DNA of 64,000 bases from Chlorokybus atmophyticus (lineage: Eukaryota > Plantae > Mesostigma and Chlorokybus algae): NCBI GenBank assembly GCA_009103225.1, contig RHPI01000461.1, forward strand, positions 8,800 through 72,799. The letters are read 5' to 3'. The notes beneath the pieces were generated by a model, which had not been told where the DNA came from, did not search any database, and saw only the letters and a program-made list of their open reading frames with translations. A program made the position numbers and the translations under genes. Of the stretch, positions 24,295-37,482 are shown in pieces (the first letter of the stretch is position 1; each line of letters opens with the position of its first letter).

Positions 24295-25655
24295 TCACTT
24301 ATCCAATCCCACGCGCCGTCTGGAGGCTTCCTTCATGACGCGCCGCATATTCTTACGCTCCTGATTGGCCACATCCGCTGGCGCCATCTGTGGCATGACG
24401 GTAAATGCAATCTCTCATGTCAGATTAACATAAAGGTGACCAAGCAGCTGCGCGTTGCCTTGTTGTTCTCACCATGTCGTTGTACTCGGTGAGATAGAAT
24501 GCCGCAGACCATGAGTTGCCGTTCCCATTGGTGTTGTTCACACGTGAAGCACTTGCACTGTTGTGACACAACAACGTTAGTAATTGGTAATGTCGTTGTG
24601 TGTGTTGTCAGGACGATGGTGAATGCAACTATCAACAAGTTATGCTTACCCTCTCTGGCTGATCAGTTGATCTTTAGCAGCATCCCGGTTGGCATAGAAG
24701 TCCTGTACAAACACCTGCACAAAGCAAATCATCATCACCATCAAGACTTGGTCACCTTGGTCAGGCAGGATGCTGGCTTGCCTTGGCTAGCGCGCGCATC
24801 TCTTCCTTTGCCATGGCCTCCGCGGCGGCTTTGGCACGTAGCCTCGCCTCGTTTTGCTCCCTCCAGATCCTTAATGAGCAGACTGGTTACAAAGGAGAAG
24901 TGGTCTCAAGAGGTCAAAGGTGACAACAGGTTACCATAGATTGATAGGGATGCTGGTAGGACTCAAACTACCTGAGAGATTCAGATTCCTCCTTTGTTGT
25001 GGTTGGCATGGCTCTCTGCTCGCTGTTGTCCGCTGCTTCTTGACTGGTAGGCGGTACCTGGCCTTGCACGAGAGACAAGTCCTCCTCCTGGGGAGAGATG
25101 TCCTCCTCGTGGTCCGCCTCCTGCTTGGCATTGTTGCTGTCATTATTGTCATTGGTGTCCGCCTCTTCGCTATGGATAAGGCTGGGGCCTTGCTTCTCCA
25201 GCTGCTGTTCTTCAGGCGGCAGCTGCTGCAGCACTGGCTCAGACTGCTTCCCCAACCAAGCCTGCAAAGCCGAACGCTTCTGTGATGTTGCATGCAAGCA
25301 CCAATGCAACACTGTTGCATATAGGTTCCAAGCAGGCTGGGTGAATCATTGCGGTCATGGCATGCATTGATGCACGCATGCATGCACGCGTGCACGCGTG
25401 CACAGGGAGGTTATGCATACACGCTCACAGTCAGCACACAGCAGCCATTCTTACGCACACGAAAGGAAGCTTATTCGTGTGCATGCATGTATCAAAACTG
25501 CTGATTGCATCATATGCATTGCTTTCGCATGCATGGATGTTTGGTCAAGGAAGTACAGGAAGCGTACAACCTGAGTGCAATGCCCTTACCTTCATGGAGT
25601 CCGCACCGGCGGGCGCCTCATGGAAGAAATCATCCCAGCTCTGGTCTTCAGCCAT
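24295..25655 (-). CDS. Probable clathrin light chain
   Basis: Acidic N-terminus (MAEDQSWDDFF...), LRIWREQNEARLRAKAAAEAMAKEEMR, DFYANRDAAK, NSWSAAFYLTEY and final RKNMRRVMKE, resembling the CLC helix and C-terminal motifs. Confidence 0.6.
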
Positions 25656-26467
25656 GCTGTTTGATGGTGATGGCAATGGCGGCTGTGGCTTGTTCCCTCA
25701 CTACGTGCATGCAGGTTGTGTACACAGACATACCCATGCCCAGCCTTAGCCGCTCCCTGCTCCTGTGCCGGACGTCATCTGAGAGTGGTACATGGCTTTG
25801 TCTGTTGTCCGTCATGCCTGCAACACTGTTGATGCCCCTCAAGTCTTGACAGCTGCATGTTTGTCCACAGGCTACAGGTTTGTGCATTTTTAAGTCTGAA
25901 GTCTGACAGCTGTCATGACAGGCACGTGTAACAGGCATCGCGTGCGTGTGATTAGCAAGTATTCACTGCGTAGCATACACGTCTGTTGAACGTTACCGTT
26001 CGTTCTAGCACAGATCAGCTGTGTTCAAAGCCAAACTCATCAAGCGCATGCTGGTTCGCTTCGTGGCGCATGCTATATACAGAAGATGCAGAAGGGTCTG
26101 AATTCCAAGGTCCCATCCCAACTGTGCAAGACCGGGGCTTTGCTTGCTCTGACTTGCTACACTGTTCAGAAGCAGTTGGATGTGAGCAAAAGCACATGCC
26201 TGCACGGCCAAAATACCGTATCTACTCCAGTAGAGACCAAGTTGCGCTCAATACAAATCAACATAACACAAAGTAATCAGACAAAGTTTCAATAAGCAAT
26301 AACCGGAAAGTCTGACAGCATTCTTTGCCCGTAGTTAGTGCATTTCTCAAGTGTGCAGGTAAACACTGCATGCGACTTGCGCACCTATGCGTGCGCTAGT
26401 ATAGGCAGAACGACAGATACACCTTTTGTACGATACAGTCCCCTGCTAGCAGCAGAGCCCCCCCCCC

Positions 26468-26656
26468 NNNNNNNNNNNNNNNNNNNNNNNNNNNNNNNNN
26501 NNNNNNNNNNNNNNNNNNNNNNNNNNNNNNNNNNNNNNNNNNNNNNNNNNNNNNNNNNNNNNNNNNNNNNNNNNNNNNNNNNNNNNNNNNNNNNNNNNNN
26601 NNNNNNNNNNNNNNNNNNNNNNNNNNNNNNNNNNNNNNNNNNNNNNNNNNNNNNNN
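26468..26656. other. Assembly gap (189 N)
   Basis: N run flanked by C-rich sequence. Confidence 1.
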
Positions 26657-28043
26657 CTCCCTCCCTCTCTGCCCGTCCCCTGTCATGTTACGCAGCGCAT
26701 GTGCACAAATGGGGGGACTTCAACAGATTGAAAACGGTAGTCTGGTTGTGTCTGGGTTGCATTGAATCCACAACACAATGTCGTACCACATGAGCAGAGA
26801 CAATGGATTGACTCAACAACCAACCAAGCACAACCAACACCACCACAACGCATAGGGTGCATGGGTCAAACACGAGTGCTAATGCTGGCCTGCTATACAC
26901 GCCGACATACATGTGTGCCCTTTCTCGCAGGCATATTCCACTTGTCTTTCTGCAAAAATACGCGCATATGCACTCTCGGTCAACCACAGCGTGCACAAGC
27001 GTGTAACACTATCACTGTCATCCTCATTGCAATGCGAGTTCGCAGCATCTCACTGCAAAACCCATGGCGCTTCACCCATAGCAACTCTGCACAAGCCACC
27101 AACATCACCAACACGCCTAGCAACCACCAAACCACCTACGATGTGCGCGGGAGGGGAGATGTGGTGTGCGGCAGGCAATATGTATGCTGCGCAAGCGCTC
27201 CACACTTGCATACGAAACATGCGTTGTAATAAATGCACAAATGTATATGCAAGCGTCCAAATACTGAGCATGCGTAGTATAGTGAAGCAGCCAGACTAAC
27301 GTAGACATGAATCTGTCCATACTGCACAACTAACGACAACTATCATACTGCAGGCTTCAAGACCGCTGGGCTGAATGCGGCTATATGCTACCTGTTACAA
27401 CCACCCATACCCCCTAAGCTCAAGTACTACGAAGCAACAGCACCTTCCTGTAAGTGCTACCAGGAAACCTGCACCAAGTGCAAAACATGTGTATGCAATT
27501 ACATTTGCATGCTGACGATATGATCTCACAGCGCAGCCATATCAGCCAGCTGGACTTGTACTGACAGGGTGGGGCTTGTACATATAATGTACAAGCAAAA
27601 CCACAGGATATAGGTGTAACACCCACTAAGAGAGGCCTCCTTGTGCACCGGACAGTCTAGAAGTATTCCAAACACGCATGCGTGCCTACACGTATGTGTG
27701 TCCACAAATTCAAGTGCACACTTGAGGGTATGGACACGCATGGCATGCATTGCATTGTCATGTAGGCCTTACTGACATGCACGGGCATGCGCATGCGCAT
27801 GCGCTGAATTTCGTGCACAAGTGTCTTGCCTGTTAATGCAAGGCAAAGCAGCGGGGAAATCACATTGCAGCTTAGGCGGACACATGAAGTATGAGCTGGG
27901 TGCTAAGGAATGGGTAATTTCTAAAGCAATCATCGGTTGCTAAGGGTGCGTGCATGCATGTTGAATTGTCACAACAGCGACAACCAGGCTCAGCACTCAA
28001 ACACTGTCGTCGGATAGCCCTTTCCGCCACCGCCACCGCCAAA

Positions 28044-28309
28044 AAACCCTAATTTTTCAACCCAAGCGTTGGTGCCGGCGTCATTGTTGCAATCGTGCTT
28101 GCCGTGGTGTCGCTGTCGCCGCCGCCGCCGCCGCCGTGAGGTGAGGCAGTGGGGTTGCAGGGCGTTGGCCTGAGCCTGAGCCTGGGCCTGAACCTGGGCC
28201 TGGGCCTAAATCTTCAGGCTCTGGCTGAATGGATGCATGCATGGCTAGTGACTGCTGCTGGTGCCGGTGCCGGTGCCGCTGTCTACTCTTAGGGTGTGCC
28301 AAACCCTAG
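28044..28309. promoter_or_regulatory. Promoter-like region upstream of TOM5 with telo-box (AAACCCTA) and site-II-like (TGGGCC/T) motifs
   Basis: aaaccctaa at 28044-28052, aaaccctag at 28301-28309, and repeated tgggcct near 28180-28208. Confidence 0.45.
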
Positions 28310-28534
28310 CAGAAGAGTTGCTCAAGCACTTTACTTGCTGTGCGTTTGAAGTTGGGAGGCTTGTTTGTTGTTATTGTCGTCATCATTGTCGTGGTTGTCG
28401 TTGTTTTGATCTGCAGAGATAGCGCAACCATGCACACAGTGTAGGGTACACCAGTGCTCATACTGCTGCGCACAACGCACGCTTTAGAATAATCGCAACC
28501 TGCATGCTTCTCGGCAGATTCAAAGGGAAGAGCC

Positions 28535-28866
28535 ATGACAGTCACAGAGAGCCTCAAGCGCTGGTGGAAGAAGGAAACTGTGGACGAGGAACGTTTCAAC
28601 CAAAACATCGTATGTGTGTGGTTGCATATGCGCATACATATATTGCCGTGCAGTTCTCTCAAGTAGTGCTATCCATGGTCACATTTCTTTCTCAATGATC
28701 ATTTACACCAAGTGTTCGACAAAGGAGTATGGTTGTGGTGTTGTTGGTTGGTTGATTGTGTGTATGTGTTTTGTTTTGTGTTGAGCAGAGGCTGGCGCGT
28801 GCGCTGCTGATTTTCGTCGGGGGCTCGTGGCTGGTTCATCAGTACGGCGAGGTCATGGCTCTTTGA
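28535..28866 (+). CDS. TOM5: Mitochondrial import receptor subunit TOM5 (2 exons: 28535-28609, 28789-28866)
   Basis: MTVTESLKRWWKKETVDEERFNQNI/RLARALLIFVGGSWLVHQYGEVMAL*, matching the plant TOM5 pattern; canonical GT-AG phase-0 intron. Confidence 0.85.
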
Positions 28867-28924
28867 GCGCAACATAACAAGGTAGGAGCTGTTTCGCTAA
28901 TGGCTCCTGGCCAAGCGTGGCAGT

Positions 28925-29988
28925 ATGTTGTCTGCGAGTATGCATGAGCATTATGAACTTTGGAGGCTATCACTGCCTTTGCAGAAACACATGGACGGTA
29001 GGGACGAAGTGCCCTATGACGCACGCAGGTATGCATGCATGCAGATGTACATGTACATCTAATCATCCTCTCCATGCATTGTCAAGCACTATCTGTTAAA
29101 TCCGTCTGTCATTGTGCGTAGGTTTGCGGGCATTAGTTTCGAAGAGGACAACGATAACAACAATGACGTCGGCAATCACATTGATAACTACAGCAAGGAT
29201 GGGGTTGGGGTGACAGCAGCTGCCACTGAGGATGTGTCAATGAGAGCCTTTGGGCTAATGCCTGTGGCAGCATCTGTTAATGCGCGTGCGGGTGGATTTT
29301 TGAAGGGTAAAGGAGACGATAATGGTTATGGGCGGTGGGAGCAGCTGGAGCGATTGCTTATAGAGTTGGAAGCCAAGTCCAAGCAGTATGTGATAGACAA
29401 TTGCACTGACTGACATAGTTTGGTAATAGCGTTTTTGCTTGTGCATGCGCGGAAGCCCATATTTTGCTCTGTTGCGTGTTTAGGGTGGAGTTCAGCTCAG
29501 ACTTGGAACAATCTGTGTCGCAGCTGCGCACGTTGTTGCAGGTTCATCACAAGACTGGTATGTGTATCATTGTATCACGATTGAGGCTTTTCGAGCGCCG
29601 CGACAGATGCAGCTGAGAGTGACTCAATGTTGTGTGTTTGGTGCCTGTGTGACATGTGTGTTGTTGTAACTGTGCAGTGGAGAGAGAGCGGCTGTTGCAG
29701 GCAGCACGAGCTGGCATCTCACTGGAGCGTGCGTGGTATCTGAATAAGCTCAGGGACATTGAGGTGTGTGCTAACACTACTCTGTACTCACTTGGCCATC
29801 ACAACACAGGACTTGTTTCCTCTGTACTTGGTATAACACGCTTGTGTGCGCGCCATATGCAGAATCTGGTGGTGGCCACGGGCGGGGCTGAAGGGGGAGA
29901 CGTGTCCAGCACACTGTTTGCGAGGGCTGTGCGAAGCATTCTGTATGAAGAGGATGAGGCTTTCAGGCTTATACTGCATAAGATATGA
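28925..29988 (+). CDS. EB1 C-terminal-like (EBH) domain protein, apparently lacking an intact CH domain
   Basis: LERAWYLNKLRDIE and RAVRSILYEEDEAF resemble EB1 (ERDFYFxKLRDIE, ILYAxDE). First exon MLSASMHEHYELWR...PYDARR splices in frame into ORF 29114. Confidence 0.6.
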
Positions 29989-30592
29989 GGACAGATTTTT
30001 GAGAACGCATAGCAATACTTGAGACCAAGCCGTTTGTCGCCAGTTGTTTGTTGCCTCCGAGTGTTATTGTTGAAGATGTGTGCAGCGAACTTCCTGTTGT
30101 GTTACTTGAACAGCAATTTAGCACACTGATATGGGTCGCTTCACTTGTCTGCATCCCTTTTGTGGATCAAGGTAGTTGCAAAATAACATTTGTGCAAGCA
30201 ATGGTAAACCCAACCCTGCATCTTACCCCTGTGATGCAGAGTTGAGTCGTGCCTTGCCAGATTGCAGTATCAGCGCAGTTGGTAGGGCAGGCCCTCCCTC
30301 CATATGTCAACACACTAAGGACCTTCCAGGATGTTTGCAAGCACGAGCGACATCACCTGTGCGCAGTATGCACAAGGCACTCCCACACACAATAAACGCA
30401 TCCCTTGAAAACTGATGATTCTAAAGAGTGTGCAACTGGATGGCGTTTGATTGGCTGGACTATTAGCCAAGCCAATAATCACCTGTCGCACATCAGTACT
30501 TATGTACACAACATACGCCAGCAGCAGCAGCAGCAGCAGCACATGCACACAACAGACTTCACTTTGCCCTGAGCTACCCTTCTCCTTGGCAA

Positions 30593-33500
30593 TCACAGCT
30601 TTGGCTGCTGCTGCAAGCATTCAGCAACTCTGTTTGCCGCAGCCATGCCGCTGATTGCCGCGCCTTCTAAAAAGGGAGAAATGCAAAAGTCCCCGCACGC
30701 GGCGAACCGATCCGCCTCACTGATGAGACACTCTTCGCCCAACACTGGATCCGGCCATGAACTCCCCCTGTTGCAGTTGCATGTGTGTGCGTGTGTGTGC
30801 GCGCGCGTGGGTGCATGCATGGAGAGCGAGCGTGCGGGTGTGTGAAAGACACATAACAGCTCAGCAGCGGGTCTCCACAGTATCAAAGCTGAAGTTTGAA
30901 CACACATATGCCTTACCAGCGATGAGCTCGGATATATGAAGGCTCGGGTATCTCATTGCTTCCGGCTGGAAGAAGCTCCCTGATTATGGCTCTGAATGCA
31001 GTCAACATGTCTTGAGACACCAAGTGAAGGCCCTCCGGCGAAGGCGGCCCCGTTTCAGCTGTGATGTCATACACATGACTTGTGATATAATGAATTGGAT
31101 CACTTTCAGCGCCACCCGTGTCAAGCCCAGCGACGTAATGCCTTTATGAGAGCATGATGAGAGTTCACTGCCAAATGCGCACCTGCATGAAGCAGCTTCT
31201 CTGCATAGTCGTATGTGGAGTGAAGCACCCAGCATTCGGGGCTGCCAATCACACGAGCAAGTCAAGATGCAGTCCCACAACGGCTGGCAGTGCTTGAAGT
31301 CCAAGCAAGCACTGCGCGTTTGCTCACACATGCAAGCGCATGCACGCATGCAAATGCACACTCACGCGCACAGAAACCAGCACACGCAATTACACGCAGA
31401 CACGCCAAGCACCACACGCACGCAGGCACGCACGTGCATGCGTGCGTGTGATGCAAACACATATGCGCACCTTGGTGCCACGCTGAACGGCCTCCCCGGT
31501 TTACTGCTGTCCCTCGCAGCGAGCGCCACAACATCGTTGCCCCTGATCTCCGCACAATCGAATGGCACCTGGCCCAAGCAAAATGTGAGTGCAACATGTG
31601 CAACAAGACAATGCAACAACAGAGTGCGATCATGGGGTGTGCGCTTGTGATCTGCAGTATGGCGTTTGTGTACCTCCGTGAGCGGTGTATCAAAAGCCAA
31701 CATGAGCGCAAAACACGGCCTCGCACGCACGGTCGTCATCCTCTCTTGCACAGAAGGCACCAACCCTTCCCCTGCACACCAACAACACAACATCAACACA
31801 ACACAACATCCTCCCACCCCAACACACACCACCACCTCCGTACCAAGTATAGGCAAAGCACCAGTGATGGGATTTATTCTCGGCGTAGCGATGCTTCTAT
31901 CGGCGGCGACAACGAAATCGAACACGCCGAGGCTGGCGCCGGATTCGTCCATAAGGTTCCACTGGTGGGTGGGTCTGATATCAGATGTGGGGTCAGATGA
32001 TTGTGTTAACGAAGGGGATGTCTTTGCTATGGATGCCACGCGCGTGCTGGAGCGAAGCTGCGCAGCTGTGGTGCGATGAGAATCACAAATATATAAGGGG
32101 TGCGCATACCAAGTGTTGCAGCCTCAACACACGTGCGCGCGCACACATATACGGTGGTGTACTGGCTTCAATAGTAACTCACCGCTGGCTTGAGCCATAG
32201 ATACGCACATGGCATTCATGTACGGGTAGCCAACATAGCGCTCAAGCCCAACTTGCGGCACCTGCATCACGCACATAAGCTCAAACACACGTGCACACGG
32301 ACATGCGCGCATGCACACACACGCACCCCGATGATTACCGTCCCACCACCACACCAACCCCACCCTCACCTCCATGACGAGTTGTCCGTCCTGCACCACC
32401 CCGAACCTCCCCTGCCACTCCGCGACGGTCCCCGCGGCCAGCCACGCGCCAAGCAGCGGACGGAAGCGCTTGTCGGACAGGCGGAAGAAGGAGGCGCCGT
32501 GGTCGAACTGCAAAGTGGCACCGGTCTGATCGTGTCTGCGGGAGGCAGGAAGGAGGTGGTGTTGCGTTGGACAATCACAAAGCATGCACAAGACTTGAAA
32601 GGCAGAAAGACAGTTACATGCGAGCAACACACCCTTGCACCGCGCACACGCGAAAAAAACAGGAAAGAACAGTGCAATGCTGTGACCAGTTGCTTTGGCG
32701 AAAACAGGCAATTGAAACTGTGAGCACACTTGCCTTCTGTGTGATGCGCGTCCTCCCGGTCCCCTTCCCGCGTCAAACAGAGTGACAGCAAAGCGTCTGT
32801 CCGCAAGAGACGAAGCGCACACCACACCCGCAACTGAACAAAGAGACACTATAGCAGTAAGTAAGCCTACCTGCATTGAACTCTACATGCATGCAAAACT
32901 GTGAAGAACATGATGGTGGAGTGTGGCGCTGGTGGAGCTGAACATGCCGCATGTGCAGAAAGCGAGGTGGAAACAAGGGGCATAATGTGGCAACTGCGCA
33001 GCTTGCTGAAGATTTGAGCTGATGTCAGCATATCAGAGGTAAGCAGCTTGCATGTGCGCAAACCACAGAGGTATGTGCCAATACATTGCCACAGCTGAGC
33101 TGAAAGGTTCACTCCGGTCAAGAGTTCCATGACCACTGCATGGGGTGGAGTGCAACTTGCACAAGCAGATACTCTAGATTGCCAATGGCAGGTTGCATTG
33201 AAAGGTAAGGAATGGCTGTGCTGGAATGTAAGCACTGCGGCATGCAATGATCGGCTAGCTGAATGTGGTGCTCGGCATGTCCAGCTGGCACTGCAAGCGC
33301 AATCAAGAACAGGTGACAGCCTTGCAACTGAGAATTGCAGAATGCAAATGCATGGAAAACCCAAGCACAAGACCCTACGCATGCTGCATGCATTGGAGGC
33401 TCACCTCCTCCGCCGACCAGCGCCACTGACGGCGGCGGCGGCGGTGGTGTTGCCATGCCGCCGGAGGCGGTCGCCACAACCGGAGGCGACACAAACAACC

Positions 33501-33597
33501 TCCTGCTCGCGACGCAACACTCCGCTCTTCTCGCTGCCCTCCTGAACCCGGAGCTCCGAAACAACACCGCCGCCGCCGCCGCCACGTGGCAGCGCAT
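30593..33597 (-). CDS. Renalase-like NAD(P)/FAD-dependent oxidoreductase with N-terminal transit-like peptide
   Basis: VALVGGG...GVVCA...VTLFDAGRGPGGRASHRR, QFDHGASFF, RYVGYPYMNAMC, FDFVVAAD, CFALMLAF, ACGDFCISPFLEGAAISGMAAA. Confidence 0.88.
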
Positions 33598-33945
33598 GGG
33601 CAGACACTGAGATACACCAGTGTAACGGACTAGTCACGTAACTAACTTACGCCCACGTGAGTTACGCCAGCGCAACTCACGTGGGCGTAACCCAACCCTT
33701 CCAAGACAGCGCCCTCGGCAAACACAAACAACTGTTCACACTTCGGACTTGAGGGAACGAGTGCAAGTTGCTCGAGTACTTTGTTTCCAAGTCTTCACCT
33801 GTGTTTCTGTATACATAAGCGGGACTGTGCCTGCACCAAGAGGGGGGGGGGATACACACACATACATTGTAGTGTGTGTGCTGTTAAAATGCGTTTGTGT
33901 GGTATGGCGGACGGGGAGAGGGTGCACTGGTAGGTGGTTCTGGTG

Positions 33946-35401
33946 ATGGATATTATTGATGGCGTAGGTGTGGGGTTTGCGGACCCCAACAAAGCCAACA
34001 TGTGGCAGCAGAAAGCGAGCGTTCTGCTTCGCCACGCCAGCGCTCCTCTCCCTCCTTGTCCTCCTCCTACTCTTGTTGCTCCACCTCCTACGACTGCTAC
34101 TTTTGTGGGCCCTCCTCCTGTGTTTGCTCCTCAGCAGCCACAGCAAGCCTACCACATCATGGCGCCTCAACAGGTGTACATGTGCACATGTGTGTGTATG
34201 TGTGCGTGCATAAGACATCGTGCGTGCATGTGTGTCAATGTGTCCGTCCGTGCGTGCGTGCCTGCGTGCGCGCGTGGGTGCCTGTGTGCGTGTGTCTTCA
34301 CACGTGGGGCAGGCTTGCGGGATATGCAGCTGTGCTTGTGCGCTCACACGCACGCGCACACACGTACACACGAGCGTGTGTGCCTCCCTGTAATGATTCG
34401 AGCGCATGTGGATGCATACCTGGTGGCATGGCTATACAGGTGCGTATGCATCTTTAAGTGGGAGACTCTCAGTGAAGTGTTGTCCTGTCCATGCAGGTGC
34501 CTGCTGTTCAATACACACCCGTTACCAGCCTGGCAGGTGCGTACGCTCCCTTCATCCACCACCCTCAGTACCTGCCAGGTAAGGCGGGTTGCCAATGCAC
34601 ATATGTTTCCACCAAACATGTTGGTCATGTTGTGTCTGCAGGGCCACAACCGTTCCAGCTCTACCCTGCAGGCATGGAGTACAACACGCAGTTGTACTCC
34701 CAACATGTGGACCCGTACGGCACTGTACTCCACCCGTATGGTTCGGTCACGCAACCCACCTATCAGCAGGTGGTACCGTACCAGCACATGTACGCGCCAG
34801 CATACCCACCTGACATGTACAACTACACCACACCAACAATGACCCACCAAACCCAACAACAACAACAATACCCCGTTGATGTCAACATTGCCCGCGTGCA
34901 CCAACTCAACCGCAGCGCGAGCGAACCCGTGCCCACACTTGAATCCCCACTCAATGGTTAGTAACAAGTTATGCTAATAGAAAGTTGTGTTTACAACACA
35001 TCTGACACATGTGTTTGTCATCAGGTGGCAGTGGCAGTGGTGTGTCTGCCATTACAACGGCCACAACCTCATCGCTCACGTTAACCAAAGACAAGGTGGT
35101 CACAATGAGTGGGAAGGGTGTCAATGACGGCGACAAGGCGAGGCTCGTCAACGACGTCGAGGACTATCTCAACGAGGAGGTGAACGAGTGGTACACGCTG
35201 CGGTACGACTCAGTCACAAGGTGAGATATGTGGGGGAACTCATGTGACTGTGTTGAATTATGAGATGTTATGTCTTTGTTGAAACGAGAGACTGAGTTGC
35301 TAACTGACTTGTCCAGTCATGAGGCCCACCTGAGTGCTGTTAAGGGCAACCATGACGCGACTCGATTCATTGCAAAGAAGGTCACAAAAGCAAAGAAGTG
35401 A
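33946..35401 (+). CDS. Pro/Tyr/Gln-rich protein of unknown function (start uncertain)
   Basis: Spliceable exons from ORFs 33934, 34491 and 35009, plus a final exon SHEAHLSAVKGNHDATRFIAKKVTKAKK*. Confidence 0.55.
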
Positions 35402-36239
35402 GAGAGTCCTTACGTGTGCGAGGGCAGAACCCATGAAGCTATGCCTGCCCCACCTGCTGCAACAAGGCTGGAGCAAAGCACGGGTATTGATCACTGATAG
35501 GTGTTTGTAATGTGTTTAAAAGTGGGGAAGCGACTGATACATTGCTGGTCGAACAATAGCTTGTGTTGTTTAACAGCAGCAAATAGTAAGAACTCATTAG
35601 CGCTAGGTGTGCAAAGCGGGTGATAAGCGATGATGATGATACACTGCTTGTGTGAAACATTAGCTTGTGCTTTTCAACATGAGCTGCTTGCCGCTTTTAA
35701 AAGCGGCAAGATGTGAGTGAGAAACACCAGCATGAAACAAGCATCTTCATTGGTCCAATTACACATGGCGCGCTTTCACCGTAAACGCTTCCCGATGAAA
35801 GGGAACAACCTGCTGAGTCCCTATGCTGTGCATTCAAGCCGAATGGCAAAAGTACAGAAAGCTCACAGCTTTGGTCCATGCTCTGCGTCTTGCAACTACT
35901 TTACAACACGCAAAGCTACCACTCGCACATCACACCAAGTCGCAGAATGTCAAAGCATATTAACTTGGTTGATCAGTATACTACTAATGCAGCAATTCTG
36001 GGGCACCTACATAAAGTTAATGCCAATGCTGCAACACTTGTCTGTCTGACAATGCTGAGGCGGACATGTGCCTGCAAGCAGTCCTCATAGCGACCACTCT
36101 CATGCTACATACATCAATCATGCCAAGTCTGCAGGCACAATGCGTGTCTCCTGCAATCGTTCTGTACTACACACAACATCCACATACAAGCGACCAACAT
36201 CAAGCCAAGCCTAAGCGATAAGGGCGATGAGAACTTCCC

Positions 36240-37482
36240 TCAAGGAATCTGCCTTTGATACGGTGGGGAGGAACCCAACTGCAGCCGCTCTTGCTTCTCC
36301 AACAGTACCTGAGGACGCAAAAGAACATGAGTGTGTTGTGTGCATGTCAGGGCAGCCCATTTTTTCATTGCCCACGTCCAAAATGTTTGTAAGTTAAGGG
36401 TATGTGCAAGTGTGCGTACCAGCAGCCCTGTTAAGCAATGCACACGTCCGCACATCATGTGATAGCAGGTGTGATTGTCCTTACTTGGTCCAAGTATGGT
36501 TGCAGGTAAGGCTTGAACGGCGTCTGCTTGGCTTGCATCTCCTTGCTGAGGTACACGTGCTTGCAGGACAGGTCCATCGCGCGCTTCAGCCGCTGGTTGC
36601 GCTCCAGCACCAGATCAGGGGGCATGCGGTTGAGTGCCTCCTCCACGTCGTTGTTGTGAGTTGGATCCAGCAAGTCTTCATACCTTAGCCCTGCAACAGA
36701 TGTTAATGCACAGTGCGTGCGTATGTTTGTGTGCGCATGCACGCTTGCATGTGTCACCACGTGCTGCTAACTGTGCACGTCTTCATATGTGTACATGTGC
36801 GTTTGCGCGGCGGCGTCGTCGTCATCATCACCATTGTCATCATCAACAATATTACCACCACCATTGTCACCATCATCGTCGTCATGGTCATCATAGCCAG
36901 GCAAGGCAACATTTCTGACTTCCCATGCAAGTCTTGGCATGAGAACTTCCAATGCACATGGTAACGGCAAGACCTGCATTCTGCCACTGCGCTATGCTAT
37001 GCCAAGGCAAAAACACACAGTTAAGACAGAGTTGACTGAGCAATGTCTGTAGAGGAGGCCACCATGAACTGCGTGACAGCAACAAAGCATTTGGACAAGC
37101 TGGGGTTGTACCGGCATCCAGATGGCAACTAGCATAACCATGGTATACCAAAAGAATCCATGTTGCTGCATTGTCATCACTACGTCAATTTCCCTGGCTG
37201 CCGGCAACGGTTTTGGATGCCAATGCTGATTGACGTGACATCAAACTGATCACGAAGTGTTTGGTGACATGCAGGATCATCAACTCAATAAAAACACCCA
37301 ATGTCCGTTTCATCTGTTCAAGCTTGAACAGAGTTGTTGGGTATTTACATATTTAAAATGCTAGGTTGGCCCTAAGCCTCACCATATTTCCGCAGCTCCG
37401 CCCCCACGGTGGCCTGGTACCGCAAGGCGGCCCAGTTGACGACTGGGTCAAAAATCCGCGCCACGCGCTTAAGCAGCGACAT
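36240..37482 (-). CDS. QCR7: Cytochrome b-c1 complex subunit 7 (3 exons)
   Basis: MSLLKRVARIFDPVVNWAALRYQATVGAELRKYG/LRYEDLLDP...VEEALNRMPPDLVLERNQRLKRAMDLSCKHVYL...PFKPYLQPYLDQ/VLLEKQER. Confidence 0.93.

Noticed and set aside
25690-28302. Possible extra minus-strand gene between the clathrin light chain and TOM5
   Set aside because: Exon-like pieces could not be joined into a consistent frame, and the region includes an N-gap.
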